Shown in pieces: positions 13,401 to 26,458 of a stretch of 64,000 bases of DNA; position 1 is the stretch's first letter; each line of letters opens with the position of its first letter. The stretch lies in NCBI GenBank assembly GCA_904063045.1, contig CAJFCJ010000007.1, forward strand, positions 4,099,404-4,163,403, in the 5' to 3' direction. Under the pieces are notes generated by a model. It saw only the letters and a list, made by a program, of their open reading frames with translations. It was not told where the DNA came from and did not search any database. The stretch comes from Dimorphilus gyrociliatus. Lineage: Eukaryota > Animalia > Annelida. Both the position numbers and the translations under genes were made by a program.

Positions 13401-13683
13401 CTGGAAGTTTAGGAACCCGAACAAAAAAGATATGAGTTTCAGGAGACAATTTACGAAATTGTTCCAATTCTTCCAAATCCTGAAATTGTACGCTATTGTA
13501 AACTTCATGTAATATGATATTATCTGATGCACGAGGTAATAATACGTACAAGGTTTTGTCTATATTTAAGACATTAAAGTGATTACACTTTTAGGCTAGC
13601 CAATTTTTATCAAAATATCATATGTGGAGCTTTGATAGCAATCTATTATATATAAATCAGGCCTATAAGTTATAAATATTCTA

Positions 13684-13714
<31 letters not shown>

Positions 13715-14812
13715 TATATGTATTCTGCTACAATTTTGGATTGACTTTTTACAATCTATAAAATATACTATTATGGTTTCAAGGAAACTTTGCGCAATCT
13801 TCTGCTGAAATTTCAATACTGAATTACAATGTCTTAAGTTATTAATATCAGTTATTTGTATAGATATTCTCCATTAAATATATATAACCTCTACTAAATA
13901 TATTGTACACCATTCTTTTACTTTGAAATCATAGCCCTATAAATAGAAGTTCAATTGTTCTGAGAATGTTTTTTGATGGCAATTATTCAAGTGTAACATT
14001 TTAGGCTTGTTTAAAGTATTAAAACAAAGGAAAGAGTTATTTGCATTTTGTAACTCTTGTTTAATTAATGGTTCATACCTTTAATGATAAGAATGATTCG
14101 GAAAATGCGTAAACTGCGATTGGGACGCATTTGGAAGCACATTTTTCCAGATGTTCGCTAACTGTTCCATACCCTGTTTGTGAAACGGTTAAAACTGCTC
14201 CATTTTTTAGCAGGGTGTGGTTCAGTTGAACTTCAAGTAAAGACAGTAAAGAGCATTCATCATCCTCTTCATCTTTTTCATGACTTATTAGTAAATCTTG
14301 AATTGGCAAAGTTTGCCAAGGTTGATCATAAGCTGTCAAGTGATTAGCTAGCTCTAAGCTTGTTCCAGCAAGACCTAATCCTATACCTGAGTCTTTAGAA
14401 TATGTTATCTCAACCATACGCCATTTTCTATCATTCTCAAGACATATAGAATCTATGGGGAATAGAGTTTGTTCAAGGATGCGATTAGCAATAACAGCTT
14501 TTGAATAAAAGCTCTGTCCAAAGAGAATAATTCCAGGAGGGTTAGTTATAAATTTTTCAATTTCTAGTTCTTCGCAGACGCTGAATTGAGCGTGTAGAGA
14601 TTGATCTGAAACAATAAATGATGAAAGAACCGACCGAAAAACACGACATGAAGTTACAATTTTAATAAAAAATCTATTGTAAACTTACTAGAGTCCTCAC
14701 TTTCATAGCTGTTAATTTCTTTAAAACACTTGCGTGTATCACCTAATATCTCTCGTATCCTTTTTGTGTCATGAACAAAAGTTGCCAATATTTCAGAAAA
14801 ATTAGACACCAT
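10479..14812 (-). CDS. DSTYK: Dual serine/threonine and tyrosine protein kinase
   Basis: Starts [12 protein letters not shown]; [17 protein letters not shown]; [12 protein letters not shown]; [22 protein letters not shown]; [10 protein letters not shown]; [28 protein letters not shown]; RPERLP. Confidence 0.93.
11943..12000. repeat. Interrupted (AT)n microsatellite in a DSTYK intron
   Basis: Runs of ATATAT in intron 12408-11757. Confidence 0.85.
13685..13710. repeat. (AT)n microsatellite in a DSTYK intron
   Basis: About 13 perfect AT units in intron 14078-13480. Confidence 0.85.
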
Positions 14813-15147
14813 TGTTGTTTATTATAGAGGGCGCTATCTGCTTCTAGTCAGTTGACTTGATGCGAATCTTGTCTGTTACAAAATAACATTTAAGAATTAG
14901 ATATAAGGAATAAGGAGTAGTATTTATTCTTTTGAAAATCGTAATTAAAGTTTAAAATATCAATTTATGAATAATTATTAAAAGTAGTACAAGTCTTTGG
15001 AACAAATTGACAGTAAAAACAACAATAGAGCAATGTCAGTTTCAGGAATATATGCAAATTTCCACTAAAAGAAGATTAAATTAACTGTAGAATACTGTTA
15101 ACATCCAATTACAAACTACCCTCCACCCGCGTTTTTTCTACAATAAA

Positions 15148-15178
15148 CAAGATGGCCGCAGAGCATACGTTAACCAAT
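15148..15178 (+). promoter_or_regulatory. YY1-like motif and CCAAT box in the DSTYK/STUB1 divergent promoter
   Basis: CAAGATGGCCGC at 15148-15159; CCAAT at 15174-15178. Confidence 0.45.
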
Positions 15179-15468
15179 CACCAACTTTTAGAGTCCTTTC
15201 GCTTAATTCGTTAATATATATAGTATAATTGTGTGATAATTCAGATCTCTATATACCTAAATATCGACAATTAAACAATTTAAATGTCTAAGTAAAATAC
15301 TCATATGCTTGATAAAGTATTTTAGAATTAAATATTGCGCCTGTTAAGGATAATGCTTGTAAATCATTGGAATCAGTTTTTTAATACTACCGTTTCCGGT
15401 CTAATGCTACCCATCTAAAAATTTTAGAAAATTTCTCGAAATGTCTCAAATTATTAAATAAACAACAA

Positions 15469-16642
15469 ATGAAAATGATGGATTTTAAGGAGGAAGGAAA
15501 TCGTTTTTTCCAAGCAAGGAAATTCAATGATGCCGTCCAATGTTATACTAAAGCTATAGTAAGATTTATAAACATTAATTACACAAAGTCTGAGCATTTA
15601 GTGTTCTCTAATGAAAAAACATTATATCAACAGTAACAAATTTGTATTCATTTTTAGATAAAAAATCCTTCGATGCCAACCTATTTTACAAATAGGGCAC
15701 TATGCTATCTAAAATTGAAGAACTGGGAAAAGACATGCCTTGATTGCAAAAGTGCTCTAGAACTGGATGGAAACCTTGTTAAAGGGCACTTTTTCCAAGG
15801 CCAGGCTTTACTAGAGATGAAATTATACGATGAAGCTATAGCCTGCTTAACCAGAGGTGTATAATATTTATCTTTTTGTATAATTTGTTATTATTATTAT
15901 TATTATTAGCTCAAGCTCTTGCTAAGGAACAAAAATTGAATTTCGGTGATGATATAACTGCAGCTATAAGATTAGCTAGAAAAAGAAAATTCCATTCTTT
16001 AGAAGATAAAAGAATTCAGCAGGAAATTGAACTCCAAACATATCTCAACTCTCTTATTGCGAAAGAATGCCAAAAGTAGATTTTATTAAGTTATTTATAT
16101 TTTGCCATTTAATATTTCTTTATCTTTTTAGAAATATTTTAGACATAAACTCAGCAAATTTAAATGAACAAGATAAACAAGAGCATCGAAATAATATAGA
16201 AGAAACTACCGTAATTATAACAAATACGCTGTTTTTTTTATTATAAATAATTCAATAGCTATTTGCTGTGTTTCGAATAGCGACTTAGACTAGAAAAAAT
16301 TAATGAGCTCTTTGCACAAGTAGACGATCGAAGGAGGGTAATATATTAAACTCACTTAATTTAGAAATCACTAATATACTACTATATCCTTTTTTATAGA
16401 GAAGAGAAGTTCCAGATTATTTATGTGGAAAAATTAGCTTTGAAGTCATGAGAGATCCAGTGATAACTCCAAGTGGTGTAACTTATGATAGAAAAGACAT
16501 TGAGGAACATTTGCAGAGAGTGGGCCATTTTGATCCAGTTACCAGAACTGATTTGACTCAGGAACAACTCATTCCTAATTTGGCCTTAAAAGAAGTTATT
16601 GATGGATTTTTAGAAGAAAATCCATGGGCTGAAGACTTTTAG
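15469..16642 (+). CDS. STUB1: E3 ubiquitin ligase CHIP (TPR + U-box)
   Basis: [24 protein letters not shown]; [12 protein letters not shown]; [16 protein letters not shown]; U-box [46 protein letters not shown]; six exons with consistent phases. Confidence 0.96.
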
Positions 16643-17010
16643 GTAGTAGATTAACACTACCTTATTTTTCTTAAACCTCTGTAAAAATTTTGGCTTTAAT
16701 TTCATCTGCCTACTAAATACAGAGAAAAACTGCCTTTAATTTGCAAACTGATGATTTTTCCTAGTTTAAAAATTTATCTTAGACATATTTTTTCAAATAT
16801 TTTCTATCATCAATTCCAACAAATTAATTTTTAACCAAAACAATAAAAAAGCGGGAAAACACAAAAAAAGCATTCTTTTTTAAATTCAAAAAAATTTACA
16901 GTATATTTCTTTGTATCAACAACTGTTTATGAAATACTTGTATAATTGAACAAACAAAAGTTTGATATAAATATATTTGTTAGAAAAACTGAGAAAAAAA
17001 CAATGTTTTA

Positions 17011-18816
17011 TTATGTCACGGAATTGTAATTTACAGAACTGCCGGGTGTATCATTACCTATTGCATCAGTAGTATTTTTTACAGGTTTCCATTCAAAATT
17101 ATTTTCTAATCTATACCGTCTTTCGTCAACTATTGCATCGATTATATTTTTGTTTGTGAGAATTACGGTCTGTGAAAAGTGACTTTCAAGCCGAAGCACA
17201 TGGCTAGACTGATTTGGCCAGTTTTTCTTTTCTATTGCAGTATAAACATCCTTATGACTAATTAAATCTGCTGTGCCAATGGATGGTGAAATTTTCTTAG
17301 TTCCATCTCCTGACAAATACGAATATTGTAGCACACCCTTAAATTCCTTATTTACCCCCAAACAGAACACGTGATATCTCCCACTTGTTAATTGGAGATT
17401 TAACGAGACAAAAGTATCTTTTACCAGATCAGATGAATATATTTTATTTGAGCAGTTATTTTCACCTAAATTTTTTTTCACTATGATCCACATGTCAGAT
17501 AATTCTTTACCCCTTTAATTATTTTTATCAATTAATAAGCGAAATAGTTGATTTAATTACCTACCTATGATGTTGATGAAATAGGGTAATAGTTAAATCA
17601 AGTTTTTCTTGCAAATTGAACTCATGAACATCTTTGCCAACGTTATAATCATATCGTTCATCCTTAAACTGATAATTTAGATTACAGATAGTTACCGACT
17701 CCATGTTTCTGTATCGAAGAATGGCTGAGTAGTTTTTAGAGAATATATGAAATATTATAATTATTACATATGAAATTCATCTAACGTGACTTCTATCTCG
17801 CCGTGTTCGTCGAAAATATCATCAACAGTTTTTTTTCCATGTGGATTTCTAAGTCTAATTTTTTTTTCACCTGATAATTCTTCAGGCACTATAGATGTCA
17901 CAGAGTAGACATGACCACCTTCATAATGGGAGGATGTAACCTCATTTTTCGTTGATCCTACTATAGCAGATCTACATAAAAGATAAACTATTTAATTAGA
18001 AAATTAGAACTTAATTATTCTAATATTTTACATTTCAATGTTATCCTTAAGTAATTGCCAGAGTTCTTGGATGGGAACTAAGTTTTGGAAGGGTATACAA
18101 GTTTTAAATAGTAATTTTAATATTAATAAATTAGCAATATCGTATTTCACTTACGGCCTGTGTAGCTCTTGCTTGGACGTCCCAATAATATGAAAAAGGC
18201 TTCCTCAGCTCTTCCTGTAGCCAAATGAGCATATGAATCAAAACATTTCGCTAAAGCTTTCTCCAAAAAAGATACGTATAGTTGACAGTGTTGACATTTA
18301 CTAAATACGATCATTCCACGCTTATTCACATAAAGTTTATTGTCGACTGAAACTATTTTCCATAGACCTTGAATAAAGAGTTTAAATTTATACAGTCCCG
18401 TCCTTTGTAGGGTCTGGGTCATAATAGTATTTTTGAGTAACAGCCAAGTTCCCTTTGCCGCAATTGATGATAGTGAGGCAATGAACCAACAATTAGATAA
18501 ATCTCCTTGTATCGCTAAATACATTTCTTTAGGACTATTACGAAATAGTACCCATCTCAGCTTATAAAAATACTGTCGTTGTCGGTCATCATAGTCATCA
18601 TTCATAATTGGCACAAACTCATCAATGTGTGGAAACATGTTCTTGAGATCTTCAAAATTTTTAATAAAAGTTTCATTAGAGTCTTGGACCTGATTCTGTT
18701 GCATTTCTTCTAAATCGTCTTCTATTTCGGTTGCTTTCACTATTCTTTCGAGCAGAATTATAGAATTTAATAATACTTGTGCTTGTTTAAAAAACTTGTA
18801 CTTACTTGTTTGGCAT
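17011..18816 (-). CDS. Atypical (non-EF-hand) calpain: CysPc plus a C-terminal beta domain; SOL/CAPN15-like
   Basis: Five introns traced by hand, starting MPNK|IVKATE. Catalytic Cys QGDLSNCWFIASL; LEKALAK; His GGHVYSV; Asn IRLRNPHG. Confidence 0.8.
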
Positions 18817-20185
18817 ATTTTAATCTATAATTTTTTATATTCCCTATTGGAAAAACTGTCTCTTAAATACATTAAAAGACTCTAAAAGTTGAATTTTAGA
18901 GTATGTTAAATGTTAAGGAAGGTAATTTCTCCAAAACGAGAAGAACGAAAGTAAAAATAACTGAACCAGTCTATTTTTTCATACGACTACCTATTTGCCT
19001 GGTAGGAAATATGAAATCTATTTTTTATAACAAAGTATTAAAATAATCTTTTTACTATTATACAAATTAGACTGGTGCTCAAAATTAGGTCAAATTTAAC
19101 ATCTTAGAGACGAGTATAATGAAAAATTACGATAGTCTTTTTGACAGGTTCTTATTCCCATTCAAGTGGAAGTCGTTCAAGAGCGTCATCTATCTGTTCT
19201 TCTCGTATAGAATGAACAAATACTTTTGTAACGCAATAAAGTTGTTCAGTTACCTTTGAAAGATCGTGTAATGAGGATATTCGATGGAGCTCGAAATAGA
19301 AATTGCATTCTGTATTATAATTACATGAAATAATATCTTAAAAGGTAGGTTTTATCGCAAAGTAATCTTTGGAATCCATGTAGAAGAGAATAATTAATGA
19401 AATTGTCTCTGTTTTAAACGGCAAATAACTTCAATTAATAAATTTATTTCAAATGATGCTTTTCCAAAAAGAATAAGCGTTTATAAACGTTTATAGGCTT
19501 GAATATATCTGATTCAAGCGATTAAGATATTCTTTGTCTCTATTATCGAGTTTCGTATTATATGTTGCTGAAATGTCTGAATTACTTAACATATTCTTTA
19601 ATTAATATTCTGCAAAAAACTATATTTTTATAGAAGAATTTATGAACAAATAGGATGGTTATCTAAGTTTTAAGATTTATATAATTTACTTGTAAAAGAG
19701 CATTCTTTGAATAAAACAAGTTTGCAAGAAGTATAAATGAAATTCGCCAGCAGTTCAATCTCCTGTAAATAGCTGCTATTCACAGCAAGAAACTTACTTA
19801 AATTTTTCTTTCATTGCACAATATCACCGTTCGATAAAAGAACTGTTTGCTTTGGCAATGAAACAAATCTTGTCTACTTTATTAAAAACTTGAACTTGAT
19901 AACTTTTTCAATGTAAAAAATACCTATTTAGTTCCTAAATGTTTAATGACTTATGAAAATGTATCATATTCGTTAAAAAATGAATAATATAAATCTTTTC
20001 TTTAAAGAAATTAATCCAGTGCGTGTGACCAAGATTAGTTAATACTTCTTCCCGTCTTTGATTTCTAAAATTGATCTAATTCGTTTTACGACTTGTTTAC
20101 AATACAGGTGCCCTTAATCTCTGCTCGTGTTTCCAGCTTGATCGATCTCGTTCAAAATGTCGAAGCATATTAGATACAACTGACA

Positions 20186-22215
20186 ATGGAAGATACAATT
20201 CTAAATGAAGCTGTCAGATATAGTGACTTAGACGACGTTTTATCGGCTCTAAATCAGGGATGTGATCCAAATAAAATTGGAATGTATCAGTGGAGTAGTT
20301 TACACGAAGCATGCTCAAATGGAAATTTAGATATTGTTAACTGTTTGTTGGAATACAATGGTAAGTTATTTGAGACCACCAGCTCTGCATATTAATCCGT
20401 CAACTATTTTTATATCAACAATTTTATGTTTTCGATGATTAAGTCATTTTTCTATTCTAAGTAGGAAAATATGCTCATTTTACATTTATTTAAAGGAGAT
20501 CCTTGCATACCGGACAAATTGAAGCAAAATACGTCATATCACTATGCAGCAAAAGAGGATCATCCCGATATTTTACAGGCATTGTTAAAGAAAAGTTCCC
20601 TGTGGAACATAAAAAATGGAGAAGGTAAAACACCAGCAGACATAGCGTCAGAATCGTGTAAAGCTGTACTAAAAAATTACGGTAAGCCTATCGATTTAAT
20701 ATTAACTTATATTTCATTCAAAACTGGCTACTATTTTTAGATTGCCAATTAAAAGAGGACAGCCACGATGATGACGGGGACAGTGCATTCAATTCGATAT
20801 CGGAGGAAAGTGAGCATAGGAATTCGTTAACACTCAATAGAATTGTTGAATATCCCAAAGAATTACGTAAGCATACTTCTTTTTTGACTTTATCCTTTCA
20901 CGTACACAGTAGTGAATACTTTTTCTCAATGGTCTGCCATTTAATCTTCTTTTACGCAGTATTAGTTATGCTTCTATTTACAGTAATTTTAATGAATAGA
21001 AAAAAAAATACAGTAAATGTAACAAAGATGAATTCTGTAGAAACTCTTTATTAGCACAGCCTTGCTTTTTGGTTGGATTATAGGACTAAAACAAATAGTT
21101 TTTGTGGTTTATTAGAAATTATTCATTGAAAGGGAATCTACAATTAATATTTGTTGTTTGAATGGTATATAAAGCTTTTTAAAGGATTATCTGTTCCACA
21201 ATAGTTAACCATATTTGTTTTATAACGTGTTAGATCACTTTTTAAAATATTCAATTGCTTTTGTATTTTTTACAGCTATGGGTCTTTTAGATATGTCCTT
21301 TGAATACAATAGTAAGACAAAAATGTTCAAAGTTCGTGTATGGAAATTAACCGATATTATTCTGCCTCCAGGTAACTATTTAACTGAAGTAAACTAAATA
21401 GGCTTGCCTCTGTTGCTAATGTTTAATGTAGCCTATTTTTCTACTATTCAATAGCTGACGTTTCAACTATATATACGATTTACGTGAAAAGCTACCTCAT
21501 CCCCGATCTAAAAAAGCTATATAAAAGACGAACTGAAGAAGTACGGGTTCGTACTACTAATGACGAGTCTACTCATCAACCCAATTCTCTTAAACCAAGT
21601 ACATTTGATTTTACGAAAGCTCTAGAATATAAAAATATAACAGAAGATACCATTCAAACCAAAAAAATACAGATTGATGCGTGTGTCTGTCAAAGGATGT
21701 CAAGGAAAGGATATCCTATTGGTAGTTTGACATTAGACTTGAAAACAGCTGTAAAAAACTTGATTCGAAACAAATACCTTCTCAAAGCAGCACCCTGCTC
21801 ATCTGTGCCAAGCTCAATGCGAGTTTACAGCAGTATTCCAAATTTAAGAAGTCCGTCCTTCAACTCACTTGTCGATAGTGACGAGAGAGCCTCAAGTGAG
21901 AGTAATTTAAGAGTGATCACGGTAACTAGGTCTTGTAGTTCGGGGTCATCAATAGAAATACCCATACCTGAGGGAGAGCCTACCGAAAGGGAAACTTTGT
22001 CTTCTATAAAAGTGATAAGAACTGGTCAAAAAAGGGAAACATCAGTTAGCTTTTGTGATGACAACGTCGACGAATCCCCAAAAATTACTGTTGAAACTTG
22101 TGAGAAAGATGATAAAAATGTTCGCATATCTATAAGCGATACTGAAGATCTACCTCCAGAGGTAGTTGTTACGAAAGCAGATATTCATGTTCCTTTCATT
22201 AGCATTAACCATTAG
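20186..22215 (+). CDS. Ankyrin-repeat plus C2-domain protein of unknown function
   Basis: ANK repeats (SSLHEACSNGNLDIVNCLLEY; TSYHYAAKEDHPDILQALL; GKTPADIA), an acidic linker, then a C2-like region (GLLDMSFEYNSKTKMFKVRVWKL...YVKSYLIPD...KRRT) and a Ser-rich tail; five phase-consistent exons. Confidence 0.75.
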
Positions 22216-22767
22216 ACTTCTAACTAATTAGTTATTGTAAACCTTTGGTGCAAGAATTCAATTGTCTTCCAATTCTATGATCTAATTGTCTTGTACAAAC
22301 TGGTACTATTAAAGATCTTTGTACAATAAAAATAATTAATCAATTAATATCAATTGGTAAAATTACTTCTAATAGTTATTAATGAACAACTTTGTGTTTT
22401 AGTGAGGTTTTTCTGTCTGATGCTTTAATCTTTTAACCCAACATGCTTTCATTAATTTCTTGGGTAAAATGTTTTCAGTTAATTACATCCATCTGAGATC
22501 TAAAATTAGGATTTTTTTCTACAATAAAAACAGCAAGCAATAAAAAATCAAATAGTTAAATATTTACTCTGCAAAAAAACTATAATCGTCAATCAGTCTT
22601 GCAAGGAGGGAAGGGGGGAATATACTAAGCCTATATTTACAAATCACACTCTAGATCAATGAAATACAGTTGTCTTTTTCATTTTCGCATCTTTTGGTAT
22701 GTAAACTTTTTTAAAAGCCCGCTTTAAACTTTATAACAAACGACAATCCTTTTTTATAGTAGGCTAA

Positions 22768-22832
22768 TGCGCATGCTCACTGAAAAAACAAATTGACTGT
22801 TAAGGATATACAAATTGAATGATAGATGGCGC
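22768..22832 (+). promoter_or_regulatory. NRF1-like and CTCF/YY1-like motifs upstream of PAXIP1
   Basis: TGCGCATGC at 22768-22776; TAGATGGCGC ending at 22832. Confidence 0.4.
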
Positions 22833-23167
22833 AAAAGTGCAGAATCGTAAACATAGTGGTCTCATATATTTAACTTGAAAAGAAAAACTCATTCTTAGAA
22901 TACTATTAAAATAAGGTTAAAAAGTTATTTCTGAAGATGAAATAAATTTTAAATATAAAACTCGACTTTTCGTATAAATCACAGAATGTTGTTTTACCGG
23001 TTTTCTCCCGGCTAAATGTGTCATGACTGGTTACCAATTCCCCACAGAACGTTTGATCTAAAATTTATATTATCTTCCAGGCCACCAGATTTCGAGTATC
23101 CGAAACGCGCTGCTGAAGGCAGTCAAGAGTCGATCCTATATGATTAGCTGCCGGTATTAGAGTGAAT

Positions 23168-25879
23168 ATGGCTGAAATAAGCAGCATTATAACTTTAGAG
23201 GAAATTAATCAAATGATAGGCACTGCACCCGAGGGATTATTTAAGGATATAGAGTACTGTTTTCTAGGAGATACAAGGGTAGGTTATTAACTCAATTCTA
23301 ATATTTCAGACGATCTGTCTATTATTTCCTGAGTCTAATGTCTTGTATGAATTTTAGGAGGTGGAGAAACTCTTGAAAGATGGAGGTGCAAGAGAGGCTA
23401 TGTACAAAACAAATTCAGTAACTCATTTCATTTGCGATGATGCCGATCAAGTAGAGTACGAAGAAGCCCGCGATTTATTCAAAGGTAGGTGCAATATTTT
23501 GCAAGTGATTGCTAAAAAATGTTAGTTTAATTTGACTTTAACAATTATGTTTTACTTGATCTGTTAAATAAACAATAAAAGAACTTTTATACGCAGGAGT
23601 AATCGTCCAGTCCTTGTGGGTTATTGCTTGCTATAGGAAGAAACGCCTTGTCAGTATAAAAGGATTCGAACCTGATCTAAGAAGGATTTTATCTGGAACA
23701 TGTATAGGAAGTTGGGGTCTTGCATCATCGGACGAGGAAAAAATCTCTTTTCTAGCCCAAATTTTAGGGGCAGATATAAATGGTAAAGACGACTCAAAGC
23801 TGACCCATATTATTACATCTGAAACGAGTTTTGACAAATTATTTAATAAATCAATGGAATTGGAAAGAATTGGAGAAATTTCATTAGTCACATCGAAATG
23901 GTTAACAATGTGCTGTCAAAAAAAAACAAAGGTGCCTGCTGATGCATTTCATCCAATTTTAGTTGAGGATCTAAAAGAAATAAAAAAAGAAATTCCGATA
24001 TCTAAAAAGAGAAAAATTGAAGAAGTAGAACTAAATGAGGAAAAGGATGAAATAAGGATAAGAAGTTTATCAGGAAAAGTTAGAAAAACAGGTGAAAGTC
24101 GTTATTCGGATGATCAGCCAAAAAGGTAAGACCTTCTTTGTTATATACTTATTATTACGGTCTTTAAATTTTTTCGATTGCTTTAGATTATATGGACGGG
24201 ATGAGGAACAGCAAAAACGTATGTATTTGTTTATAATAAAAAACATTCCTTTACTATATGTTTATTTATAACAGGAATTCCCGCCAAAACTTGTTTAATT
24301 GGGATAATTTTCTACCTCAGTCCAAGTCTTGTTGAACATAGAGATAATAAAGAATTAATGAAGTCGTGGATTTCTGTACGTATAGTTTATAATTTATAAA
24401 TAGATTTTTAATCATTTTACTTTACAGTGTATACAGAATTATGGCGGAATTGTCTCAAACACTCTTACCTCAGAAGTGAATCATATTGTTACTAAAAGCC
24501 AATATGATAAGGAATATAAATATGCCTTCGATAATGGCATTAGATGTACAACTTTTCATTGGGTCAACGACGTACTTGATAAAGGAAAAATTGAGCCACC
24601 GTGGCTTATGGCCCACGTTCCCGATTGTATTAATCCTAATAAACAACCTCTAGCCAATGCTACTGTGTGCCATAGTGGTTTTAATAACGAATCAATAAGA
24701 CAACACGTAAGGGATATGCTAGAAGCGTGTGGTGGATTTTGGACTAGTAGCTTTGGTCAAGGTCATAATGTTCTTGTGGCTAATAGTCCCAACACTGAAA
24801 AATTTAAAATGGCACATAATTGGAAAATTGCAGTTAGAAATTATAAATGGTTATGCGATTTATATATGTCAAAGTTAAAGAAAGAAGCAGCCTTCGTAAA
24901 CAAAGTAGAATATACTAGTGTTAATGGTAAAATAGAATTTGATCCACATTCACTACAAGTTTATATGAGTATGTATATTATCTTCAAAGTATATTTATAA
25001 GTATATACAAATTAATTATCAATAGAATCTTGGACTATCCCGTTGAAAATTGACGAAAGTATTCTACACACAATACCCAGTATTTTGGAGAAACATTGTC
25101 AACGATTAACTTTAGATGAAATTAAGAATGATTCTTCTAATCCTAAAGTTTTAGAAATTTCCGATTACTTAACATTCCCTAAAGATAGATATGAAAATAT
25201 TATAAAACGTGCTAAATTCTACTTAGAAACTAGAAAGGAAGACGAAATGAAATATAGTTCAGCTAGCGTACCAATGGTAGCTATTACTGGGTATAAAAGA
25301 CATGAAAAGTTATTACTCGCTAGAATGGTTTCTCTTCTAGGAGGTAAAGTTGTTGAAGGAGATGATATTGAAAAGGTTTCTCATGTTGTATCTGAAGGTT
25401 TAATTATTACTCCGAATTTTCTTACTACATTTTGTTATACGAAGTACATAGTTAATTGTTCATGGTTATTAGAATCTTATTTAAAGCAAAAGTTCTTAGA
25501 TGAAAAGGAATATGAACTAAAGGATTCACCTGTTGAAAAGGAAGCGAATATATGCATTCAAACTTCTCTTAGCAAGAGAGGCTGCCCGCTCAAAGATTAT
25601 TTTATTTACTTTTGTAAATCTGTACAAACAGAGGGACGATGGCTATTCGTTTTAGCTAAGCAAATGGGAGCGACTGTTTTGGCAAGAATGCCAAAGATAT
25701 CCCAACTTCGGGAGAAGAATTATATAGTTGTTGGAGAAACGAGAGACAGAGTGGAATGTTGTAATCTATTCAAAAAAAATATTCCAATTTATCATGTAAC
25801 TGTTTTAAGTTTAATACTTTTGAAACAAACTGTTTTATTCATCCCCGATTGGCAAATTGTCAATGCAGCCGAAGGTTAA
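23168..25879 (+). CDS. PAXIP1: PAX-interacting protein 1 (PTIP), multi-BRCT
   Basis: APEGLFKDIEYCFLG; EEARDLF; LWVIAC...FEP; LYGRDEEQQKRIPAKTCLIGIIFYL; TTFHWVNDVLDKGKIEPPWLMAH; NATVCHSGF; C-terminal tandem BRCT (FLDEKEYELKD); seven exons. Confidence 0.82.
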
Positions 25880-26458
25880 GAATATGTTATAAAAATAATT
25901 GATGTAAATATAGGTGAAAAGAAGAGATGGTGAAGAAGGAGAAAGAAGAAGGTGCTTTATCATCTGTCTTTATTAAAGATAGTCGGAATTAACTGTGTTC
26001 AGTTCAATATGGAACCATACTTTTTTTATAAAATAATAAAGGAAAAACAAAAGTTCAATCAAGTAAAAAACTTCATTTGCTTTTTATATTAACATATTTA
26101 TATATACTAATATATATATCTATGAATATCGGGAATTTCATGCTAAGGAGTATTGTCAGTACTTTCTCATCATACTCCTCTTTATATAACTATTGTTGAA
26201 AAAATATAAATAAATTCATTAAAAAACTTTTCCGTGTTTTTCTTTTCCTTCTTTCTTTCCCTCGTTATTACGATATCTATTTTTTTTATATTTTGTATTT
26301 GCAGAATACAAGTATGAAAGAACTAATACAGACTTGATTACCTCTTACAAAGAATACGAAACCTTGTTAACTAAAAATGCAATATATACTAATAAATAAT
26401 TCTAAATATCTTTATCTTGGTTCTTTTTAATAAAAAGTATAAAAAAATTATATCCTGA

